The notes beneath the pieces were generated by a model. The model was not told the origin of the DNA and searched no databases. It saw only the letters and a program-made list of their open reading frames with translations. A stretch of 64,000 nucleotides of DNA from Candidatus Yonathbacteria bacterium RIFCSPHIGHO2_02_FULL_44_14 (GTDB taxonomy: Bacteria > Patescibacteriota > Minisyncoccia > Phycocordibacterales > UBA1550): assembly GCA_001823535.1 (NCBI GenBank), contig MHUT01000011.1:9864-73863 (forward strand). The letters run 5' to 3'. Below are positions 56,995 to 64,000 of the stretch, one piece after another. The first letter of the stretch is position 1. Each line of letters begins with the position of its first letter. A program made the translations under genes and the position numbers.

Positions 56995-57552
56995 ATGTTC
57001 ACTACAAAAAATCTTTTTACACTCGTCACCAAATATATTCTTATCGCTTTTGCGGTTGTTCTTTTTACGTCGGGAGTTGTATTCTTTCTTTCTGGGCAAA
57101 TCACCAAAGTATCGAACAGAACTGCAAAGGACCGCCAACTTGTCACAATGCTAAGCGAGCGAACAGCTGTTCTTTCTAATTTGAAACACGACACCGATAT
57201 CATCGGAGCAAACGAATCAACCATTAAACAAGCATTTATCCCATCCAATAACATTCTCGAGTTTGTCGCTGCCTTCGAAAACCTAGCTTCAAAAAACGGT
57301 CTCACGCAAGCATTTCATTTCTCATCACCAACGACAATGGATACAGGGTCCCCAATCACCCTCACAACGATTGGCTATCAAAACAATATCTCGTCAAATG
57401 TCTCTGTATTCATTAACTATCTCAAAGATTTTGAGCGGCTTCCCTATTTTACCAAAATTGACTCTATAAATATTTCTTCTGGCAAGGAAGGCTGGTACGG
57501 CACGGCAGCGATATCCTTCAGCGCGACTATCATCGCACGCTCGACACAATAA
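56995..57552 (+). CDS. PilO-like pilus assembly protein (N-terminal TM + periplasmic domain)
   Basis: TM LIAFAVVLFTSGVVFFL; follows the pilM/N-like gene. Confidence 0.4.
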   Translation: MFTTKNLFTLVTKYILIAFAVVLFTSGVVFFLSGQITKVSNRTAKDRQLVTMLSERTAVLSNLKHDTDIIGANESTIKQAFIPSNNILEFVAAFENLASKNGLTQAFHFSSPTTMDTGSPITLTTIGYQNNISSNVSVFINYLKDFERLPYFTKIDSINISSGKEGWYGTAAISFSATIIARSTQ

Positions 57553-57558
57553 ACAACC

Positions 57559-58164
57559 ATGTCCCAACTCACAAAAAAAATACGTGCGTCTATCTCGGGA
57601 GTCAGCCCTCGAGATTTAATATATCCGGGAATCGTTCTTTTCTTTTTTATCATAGTTGGAATTCTTTTTTTTCTCGCTACGCAGTTCATCGCCAAGAACA
57701 TTAACAATGCCTTTTTAGGCGACACAGAAACTGAGCCAAATACTCTCAATGTGGCAAATTATACTCTCGTGGCAAATAAACTTGGTATCAGTGCTATCCC
57801 ACAAAAAAACACCATCAGTACTCCTTCTGCTGTTTCATCTACCACCACAAAAAAAACCAGTGTCACTCAAGTGTCTAATGTTTCCGATATAAACTCTCTC
57901 ACCATTAACATTTTGAACAGTACAACAAAAAAAGGTGTTGCGAGCGCTCTCGCGCAGTCGCTTGAGTCTCTGGGGTACGCCAGAGCAACAACGGGAAACG
58001 AGAAAAAGTTGTATGCTACCACTACAATCATTATCAAAGAGAACAGGTCTTCTTTTGGACCCGCCCTTCTTGAAGAAGTAAAGAAATTTTATTCTGAGGT
58101 CACAATGGCAACAACTACAGAAGTAGCCAACTTTGACGTGACCGTAATCATCGGCACGCACTAA
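57559..58164 (+). CDS. membrane protein with LytR_C (LytR cell-envelope-related attenuator C-terminal) domain
   Basis: TM; C-terminal INILNSTTKKGVASALAQSLESLGY...TTIIIKEN pattern. Confidence 0.5.
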   Translation: MSQLTKKIRASISGVSPRDLIYPGIVLFFFIIVGILFFLATQFIAKNINNAFLGDTETEPNTLNVANYTLVANKLGISAIPQKNTISTPSAVSSTTTKKTSVTQVSNVSDINSLTINILNSTTKKGVASALAQSLESLGYARATTGNEKKLYATTTIIIKENRSSFGPALLEEVKKFYSEVTMATTTEVANFDVTVIIGTH

Positions 58165-58257
58165 AACTCATCAATTTAAGCAGGTTATAGGAACTCAAAA
58201 GACTCACGCGCTAATAATTTTTCTTTGCACGAGTGCATGTGATATAATATAAAGACT

Positions 58258-59910
58258 ATGGAAAAAAAGATGCAAACGGTGGACGCTATTCGTGAGGCTG
58301 GTTTTGAAGGGGAAATTTTAAGCGATGCCGCAAACCTTATCCGCTACGAAAACGACACAAGTTTGTTTGAACTCCGCCCGGCACTTGCGGTAAAGCCAAA
58401 AGATGCAACCGATATCAAAAAGCTTGTTTCTTTTATTGCAAGTATAAAAGATGAGAATCCAACACTGTCTGTCACTGCGCGCGCTGCGGGCACTGGCATG
58501 GCGGGTGGTGCGCTCAATGAGTCAATTATCATCGATGTGGCGAACATGAACCATATCAAAAGCGTTACTGCGGAACGTGTTGTTGTAGAGCCTGGCGTTT
58601 TTTATCGTGACATGGACGCGGCAACAAAAGAAAAAGGGGTCATTATGCCGTCCTTCCCCGCATCACGCAACATTTGCGCAGTAGGTGGCATGACCGGCAC
58701 CAACGCATCTGGCGAAATGACCCTCACTTATGGAAGTACCGAAAATTGGGTAAAGCGTCTGAGGGCTGTCCTCTCGGACGGCAATGAATACGAATTCAGC
58801 CCGCTTACGGTGTCACAGCTCGAGGAAAAGAAAAAACTCCAGGGTTTTGAAGGTGACATATACCGTCGCACATATGATCTCATCGAAAATAATTATGACC
58901 TCATAAAAAAAGCGAAGCCAAATGTTGCAAAGAATTCGACGGGCTATGCGCTCTGGAACGTCTGGGACAGACAGACTTTTGACCTTACTAGACTTTTCAC
59001 GGGCTCTGAGGGTACACTCGGCATTTTTACTGAAATTGAATTTGCTCTTATTAAACCGAGAGAGCACCGCAAGCTCGTAGTTATCTTTTTGAAGGACTTC
59101 GCCATGCTTTCGGAAGTTGTTGCGAAGGTGCTCACCCACAAACCAGAGACATTTGAGTCGTATGATGATCATACGTTCCAATTTGCCATTCGCTTCTTCC
59201 CTGATATTGTAAAGTCTCTGAAGACAGGTATTATCAAGCTCGGTTTGTCATTTATTCCGGAAGTATTGATGGTCCTTAAGGGCGGATTCCCAAAACTTGT
59301 GCTCCTTGCTGAATTCACCGGCGATACAGAAGAAGAGGCGACCCAAAAAGCGAATATTGCATTTGAGGACATCAAGCAACTGCCTGTACAAATAGAAATA
59401 ATGCGCACTCAAAAAGATGCAGAAAAATTTTGGACGATTCGGCATGAGAGTTTCAATCTTTTACGCAAACACGGCGGGAGCGACAAGACCGCTCCCTTTA
59501 TCGACGACATTATCGTAGCGCCAGAAAAACTTCCTGAATTTTTGCCAAAACTCGCTGAAGTAATGAAAGAGTACAAACTTACCTATACCATTGCTGGCCA
59601 TATCGGCGATGGCAACCTGCATATCATCCCCCTTATGAACCTACGCAATGCTCACGACCGCGATATCGTGATGGAGCTTTCCCAAAAAGTGTTTGACTTG
59701 GTGTTTTCGTTTGGCGGTTCTATGTCTGCGGAGCACAATGACGGACTTATCCGCACCGCATACCTCCGCCAAATGTACGGAGACAAAATCTACAGTTTGT
59801 TTGAAGAAACAAAGGATATCTTTGATCCCAAGAATATCTTTAACCCGGGCAAAAAAGTGTACGGACATGATCTCGCATATATAAAAGACCATATTGATAA
59901 AGTGTATTGA
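58258..59910 (+). CDS. FAD-linked oxidase (GlcD/D-lactate dehydrogenase family)
   Basis: FAD-binding PCMH-type domain RAAGTGMAGGALNESIIIDV and C-terminal FAD-oxidase_C region. Confidence 0.8.
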   Translation: MEKKMQTVDAIREAGFEGEILSDAANLIRYENDTSLFELRPALAVKPKDATDIKKLVSFIASIKDENPTLSVTARAAGTGMAGGALNESIIIDVANMNHIKSVTAERVVVEPGVFYRDMDAATKEKGVIMPSFPASRNICAVGGMTGTNASGEMTLTYGSTENWVKRLRAVLSDGNEYEFSPLTVSQLEEKKKLQGFEGDIYRRTYDLIENNYDLIKKAKPNVAKNSTGYALWNVWDRQTFDLTRLFTGSEGTLGIFTEIEFALIKPREHRKLVVIFLKDFAMLSEVVAKVLTHKPETFESYDDHTFQFAIRFFPDIVKSLKTGIIKLGLSFIPEVLMVLKGGFPKLVLLAEFTGDTEEEATQKANIAFEDIKQLPVQIEIMRTQKDAEKFWTIRHESFNLLRKHGGSDKTAPFIDDIIVAPEKLPEFLPKLAEVMKEYKLTYTIAGHIGDGNLHIIPLMNLRNAHDRDIVMELSQKVFDLVFSFGGSMSAEHNDGLIRTAYLRQMYGDKIYSLFEETKDIFDPKNIFNPGKKVYGHDLAYIKDHIDKVY

Positions 59911-60003
59911 GGAGCAGAATATTGAATTTGGAAGATTGGATTGATTCACCTCAAAATACAACAGTATTTGCGATTGCAAATACTGTTGTATTTTTGAGTA
60001 CGA

Positions 60004-60834
60004 TTATTTTTTTGCAACAATAAGACTAAGAATAAAAAAAATGAGCGCTACCAAAACAATCGCACCTCCTGACGCAAGGTCAAAGTAATATGACGCAAAT
60101 AAACCTGTAATAACAGATACGAGTGAGAATACAACAGACAAAATGAGTGTTATGCGGAAACCACGCCCGTATTGCATTGCTGAAATAACTGGAATAACCA
60201 TGAGCGCGCCTATGAGAAGCACCCCGACAATACGAATAGATATAGCCACCGCCACCGCCGCAAGCATGACCATCATAAGATTGATTACCTTCACTGGAAG
60301 ACCACTCGCCTCAGCAAGTTCTGGATCAAATGAAGTAAAAAATAGTTCTTTGTAGAGGAATACGACATCAAGGAACACAATTATAGCTAGCGCGATAATC
60401 ACCAATAAGTCGCCTGTTGAAACCGTTGAGATACTGCCGAACAAATAACTAAACAAATTTGCGTTGAATCCCTTCGCAAGAGAGAGAATGATGACCGCAA
60501 CAGCAAGCGACCCCGACAAAAAAAGAGCGAGTACAGATTCTCCAAAGATGCGGCGTGAGTTACGCAAAGACTCGATACCGAACGCGGCAACAACAGAAAG
60601 ACCAATCGCGGAAAAAATAGGATTTATTTTAAGAAGGAGCCCTATGGCGACCCCCGCAAAAGATACGTGCGCAAGCGTATCTGCCATCAATGAATACCTC
60701 CTCACCACAAGAAACATACCGATAAGCGGAGCAACAATACCTATTGCGATTCCAGCCTCAAAGGCGCGCACCATAAAATCATATTGAAATATTTCAAGCA
60801 TATTATTCTTTTTTATTGGTATTGTGCGACACAA
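60004..60834 (-). CDS. metal ABC transporter permease (ABC-3, ZnuB/MntB family)
   Basis: 8 TM segments, 276 aa; adjacent to cognate ATPase and SBP. Confidence 0.85.
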   Translation of the reverse strand: MCRTIPIKKNNMLEIFQYDFMVRAFEAGIAIGIVAPLIGMFLVVRRYSLMADTLAHVSFAGVAIGLLLKINPIFSAIGLSVVAAFGIESLRNSRRIFGESVLALFLSGSLAVAVIILSLAKGFNANLFSYLFGSISTVSTGDLLVIIALAIIVFLDVVFLYKELFFTSFDPELAEASGLPVKVINLMMVMLAAVAVAISIRIVGVLLIGALMVIPVISAMQYGRGFRITLILSVVFSLVSVITGLFASYYFDLASGGAIVLVALIFFILSLIVAKK

Positions 60835-61570
60835 TCCTTGAGTGTCTGCCGTACAGACGATTTAAAATATGCTCATTCAAGAGGTCATGGGGAAGGCCGT
60901 GACAAACAAGATTATGGTTGAGGCAGAGCACGGTCTTTGTCTCCTGAGAGACTGCGTCAATATCGTGTGATATAAAAATGATAGTAAGATGATGATCTCG
61001 ATTAAGCGATGCCAAAAAATCGTAAAAGGTTTTTTGCGCGCCAATATCAACACCGACAGTTGGCTCATCAAGAATGAGTACATCAGGCTCGCTCGCTAGT
61101 GCTCTCGCTATGAATACACGCTGACGCTCCCCACCCGAAAGATTGCCTATAAGCGTATCTCTATAGCGTGCTATACCAGAAATCTCCATTGCATGTTCGA
61201 CCACCTCTATGTCTTTCTTTGTGAATTTTTCAAAAAATCCAAGGCGTGCGATACGCCCCGTTCGCACCACCTCAAACACCGTTGCGGGGAAATTTTTGTC
61301 AGCTTGAGTTATTCGTTGCGGCACATATCCAATACGGTGCTTTTCCTTGAAATCATGACGGTCCTTTCCAAAAAGTGTGATTACGCCGTTCGTTGGATGA
61401 AGAAGCCCCAAGATTATTTTTATAAGCGTCGTTTTTCCACCTCCATTCGGTCCAATGATACCCAAATACTCTCCCTTACGCACAGTAAAAGTAAGGTCCT
61501 CAATTACGGGGACACTATCGTAAGAAAAACTCACATTTTCGAGCTTGATATATGGTTCTTCTAATTGCAT
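60803..61570 (-). CDS. metal ABC transporter ATP-binding protein (ZnuC/MntA family)
   Basis: GPNGGGKTTL Walker A, LSGGERQRVFIARAL. Confidence 0.9.
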   Translation of the reverse strand: MQLEEPYIKLENVSFSYDSVPVIEDLTFTVRKGEYLGIIGPNGGGKTTLIKIILGLLHPTNGVITLFGKDRHDFKEKHRIGYVPQRITQADKNFPATVFEVVRTGRIARLGFFEKFTKKDIEVVEHAMEISGIARYRDTLIGNLSGGERQRVFIARALASEPDVLILDEPTVGVDIGAQKTFYDFLASLNRDHHLTIIFISHDIDAVSQETKTVLCLNHNLVCHGLPHDLLNEHILNRLYGRHSRIVSHNTNKKE

Positions 61571-62499
61571 GACATTGCTGTTTTTAAGTTATTCAAGTTC
61601 ATTTCCATTTTTGAAATGTAATCTTCTTTTGATTGTACCTCATCTGGGGTAAGATTTTCAATAGGGTTAAGCACGAGCGTGGTGCCACCAACTTCGCGAG
61701 CAATCAACTCTGAGAACTTCGGACTCGCGACCGTCTCGGAAAAAATATACTTCACTCCCTTTTCGCGCACCAATGAAATAATGCGCGCAAGCTCTCTTGG
61801 TGAAGGTTCCTCGTCTGGGGAAATACCAGCAATAGAGGTTACAGAAAATCCATACTGGCGTGCGATGTAATTAAAGGCTTCGTGCAAAACTATGACGTCG
61901 CGTAACACACACGATGACAGCCCCTCGCGAAAGTGCTGATCAAGTGCGTCTAACGCCGCTAAAAAATGACCTGCGTTGTCATAGAACATATCTTTGTGCG
62001 CAGGGTCAATCTGAATAAGCAGGTCGCGAACGATCTCTGTTTCGCTCTTCATTATTATTGGGTCAAGCCAAAAATGCGGGTCTATTGCACCATTTTTTTC
62101 AATAAGATTCACATTCTGACCCTTGAGTGCAGCTGCCATATTAATAGCATGCTTTGGTCGTGGCGAATTGCCTTGTTCCCATTTTTTGACCCACGGTTCA
62201 AGCGAAGCGCCATTGTAAATCAAAATATCCGCATTCCCTATTTCAATGAGGTCGCGCGCGGATGGCTCGTAGTCGTGTGGCTCCACGCCAGCTGGAACTA
62301 GGCTACGCACCGAGACAAGGTTCCCGCCTACTTCATTCGCAACGTACGAAAGCGGGTAAAAACTTGCGACAATACGAATTCGTTCATTCTGCATATTGCT
62401 GCGGGGAATCCGTAAAGAAAGAAAAAATATCGCACCCCCAACAAGAGTAACGATGGTAATAACGAGGAGGACTTTGCGATTCAAAATTATTTTTAACAT
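61561..62499 (-). CDS. metal ABC transporter substrate-binding protein (ZnuA/TroA cluster 9)
   Basis: N-terminal TM/lipobox-like region, DPHFWLDP metal-SBP motif. Confidence 0.85.
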   Translation of the reverse strand: MLKIILNRKVLLVITIVTLVGGAIFFLSLRIPRSNMQNERIRIVASFYPLSYVANEVGGNLVSVRSLVPAGVEPHDYEPSARDLIEIGNADILIYNGASLEPWVKKWEQGNSPRPKHAINMAAALKGQNVNLIEKNGAIDPHFWLDPIIMKSETEIVRDLLIQIDPAHKDMFYDNAGHFLAALDALDQHFREGLSSCVLRDVIVLHEAFNYIARQYGFSVTSIAGISPDEEPSPRELARIISLVREKGVKYIFSETVASPKFSELIAREVGGTTLVLNPIENLTPDEVQSKEDYISKMEMNLNNLKTAMSCN

Positions 62500-62505
62500 A
62501 CCATA

Positions 62506-63081
62506 CTATTTAATTGCTTTGCTGATTGTTTCTAATAACTCTTCTCTCCCATAATGAGTGCGTGCGGAGTATGGCAGAACCAATGCACCCAAAGAAGCTT
62601 CAATCGCCTTTATATTGTGCGAGCGCTCAGTTTGGTTCAGCCGATCAATTTTGTTTGCGACAACGACAAATGGAATATTCTCCGCGCGGAGAATATCTGA
62701 CATCTCTTTGTCATATGCCATTGGTTTTACAGCCGAGTCAACAATAAGCACAACGAGCTGTGCTCGCGCCTCACCGCTTCCCAAATACCATAAAATAAGT
62801 TTTCGAATTTTTTCTGCTCCTTTTGCACCCATTCGCGCAAAACCATAGCCGGGAAGATCTACGAAATAACACTTTTTATTAATAAAAAAGAAGTTAATTT
62901 CCCTTGTTTTGCCGGGCATCGAGCTAGATTTCACCAAATCCTTGCGCATCACGAGAGAGTTGATAACACTGGACTTTCCCACATTGGACCGCCCTACAAA
63001 AGCGACATGGGGGTGTTTTTCTTTTAGAATAGAGTCGGTTCCAATGATGCCTTTCACGAATTCTGCACTAGCGATATTCAT
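62506..63081 (-). CDS. engB: ribosome biogenesis GTP-binding protein YsxC/EngB
   Basis: GRSNVGKSSVINSL G1 motif, DLPGYG G3 region. Confidence 0.85.
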   Translation of the reverse strand: MNIASAEFVKGIIGTDSILKEKHPHVAFVGRSNVGKSSVINSLVMRKDLVKSSSMPGKTREINFFFINKKCYFVDLPGYGFARMGAKGAEKIRKLILWYLGSGEARAQLVVLIVDSAVKPMAYDKEMSDILRAENIPFVVVANKIDRLNQTERSHNIKAIEASLGALVLPYSARTHYGREELLETISKAIK

Positions 63082-63241
63082 CCCGTTAGTTTAGCATATA
63101 ACCCTTACAACAAACAAAAGTCATTTGTGACCCATCTGTAGTATAATTACGGATTGGTCACAAATGACTTAGAGAAAAAATTCTTGTAAATTTAGAAATA
63201 ATGGTATACTTTTATTCATTAACAATGATAATTCACAAAAA

Positions 63242-63958
63242 ATGAACGGAGAAAATACAGCAACGACACCTCAAGTACCAGCGCCACAAAATTACGCAAT
63301 TCCCTTTGCGATAGTTATCGCAGGACTCGCTATTGCAGGCGCAATCTATTTTAGCGACACAAAAAAAGATTCCTCACAAGTTGTGACAGCGCAGACAAAC
63401 AGCGAGGTTGAGCCAGTCACCTCTGCTGACCATATTGTTGGTAATCCAAATGCAAAAGTGGTAATTGTGGAGTATTCTGACCTTGAATGTCCGTACTGCA
63501 AATTCTTCCACCCAACCATGCAACGCATTATGGATGAATACGGAAAAGACGGTAAAGTCGCGTGGGTCTACCGACATTTAGTGGTAATTCCTCAACACAC
63601 AAAGGCTCCTCATGAGGCAGAAGCGACTGAATGCGCAAACAAACTCGGTGGAAACGTAAAATTCTGGGAATACATCAACAAAGTGTTTGAGATAACAACC
63701 GGGAATAACCAACTCGACCCCGCAGAACTCCCGAAGATTGCTAAAACTATCGGTCTCGATACTGCTGCATTCAATAAGTGTCTTGATGGTGGCGAAATGA
63801 AAGCATTCGTTGATAACAGTCTCAAAAAGAATAGTGTATTTTCTCAAAATGGCACGCCATTTTCTGTTATTCTTGTGGACAAGAAACCAGTAGACAGTAT
63901 TCAAGGTGCACAACCATATGAAGTGGTGAAAGCTCAAATCGAAGCGGCGCTTAAGTAA
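63242..63958 (+). CDS. DsbA-like thiol:disulfide oxidoreductase, membrane-anchored
   Basis: N-terminal TM; thioredoxin CxxC active site ECPYCKFF. Confidence 0.8.
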   Translation: MNGENTATTPQVPAPQNYAIPFAIVIAGLAIAGAIYFSDTKKDSSQVVTAQTNSEVEPVTSADHIVGNPNAKVVIVEYSDLECPYCKFFHPTMQRIMDEYGKDGKVAWVYRHLVVIPQHTKAPHEAEATECANKLGGNVKFWEYINKVFEITTGNNQLDPAELPKIAKTIGLDTAAFNKCLDGGEMKAFVDNSLKKNSVFSQNGTPFSVILVDKKPVDSIQGAQPYEVVKAQIEAALK

Positions 63959-63961
63959 TCG

Positions 63962-64000
63962 AAAAAATACAGCCCTTCGCATTTGCGAAGGGCTGTATTT
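63962..64000 (+). terminator. rho-independent terminator at window end
   Basis: atacagcccttcgc-attt-gcgaagggctgtat + tt. Confidence 0.6.

Noticed and set aside
1-64000. Possibility that TGA is recoded (genetic code 25, as in Gracilibacteria/SR1), which would make the pilin-TGA-domain ORF a single gene
   Set aside because: Conserved genes (murA, mreB, pyk, pilB, the P-type ATPases, the 943- and 986-aa proteins) are full length under the standard code. Checked stops are TAA/TAG and TGA terminates sensibly, so TGA is a stop here.

Overview
The window holds about 60 genes and reads like a compact, low-GC, gene-dense bacterial genome. My guess is a Candidate Phyla Radiation/Patescibacteria-like organism, based on content and architecture, not confirmed. 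TGA acts as a stop codon throughout (standard bacterial code), because long conserved ORFs stay intact under it. Housekeeping block 1: frr, holB, mreB and murA on the minus strand, then priA-def-fmt on the plus strand, then a cyclophilin, hpf, a DUF167 protein and pyk on the minus strand. A tRNA-Asn locus follows at 11.5-11.9 kb. It is preceded by two 99-bp tandem pseudo-tRNA repeats and followed by an inverted copy of the tRNA 3' end. Next come a type IV pilin plus an in-frame downstream domain, an HD-domain protein, a frameshifted VIT1/CCC1 transporter, an L,D-transpeptidase, a C39-like peptidase and cspA with a clear promoter. A sensor histidine kinase with a CheY-like receiver sits at 18.0-20.8 kb. 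At 20.9-21.7 kb a Y1 (IS200/RAYT-like) transposase is flanked by, and also carries in-frame, copies of a palindromic REP-like element. A dockerin-bearing giant surface protein and a cohesin-domain membrane protein lie at 21.7-26.2 kb. Then come a bacterial SET-domain protein, an HI0933-family flavoprotein, a PAS protein, two P-type ATPases (one with an atypical TM6 motif) and a MacAB-like efflux system. The centrepiece is a ~14-kb minus-strand type IV pilus / pseudopilin operon at 37.7-51.3 kb. Running from its upstream end it contains two major pilins, a membrane protein, pilB, pilC, four pseudopilins and minor pilins, two secreted Cys/Thr-rich proteins, and a 986-aa YVTN beta-propeller/lytic-transglycosylase (SLT) fusion. 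Between pilB and pilC sits an inverted-repeat-flanked cassette carrying a four-helix-bundle (23S rRNA intervening-sequence family) gene. Immediately upstream is an operon encoding a paralogous histidine kinase, a hemerythrin-like protein and two CheY-like receivers. Divergent from that operon are pilM/N- and pilO-like genes and a LytR_C protein. The window ends with a FAD-linked oxidase, a metal ABC importer, engB and a DsbA-like protein. Several short palindromic or repeat elements recur, some embedded in frame inside coding sequences. No CRISPR array or rRNA is present.
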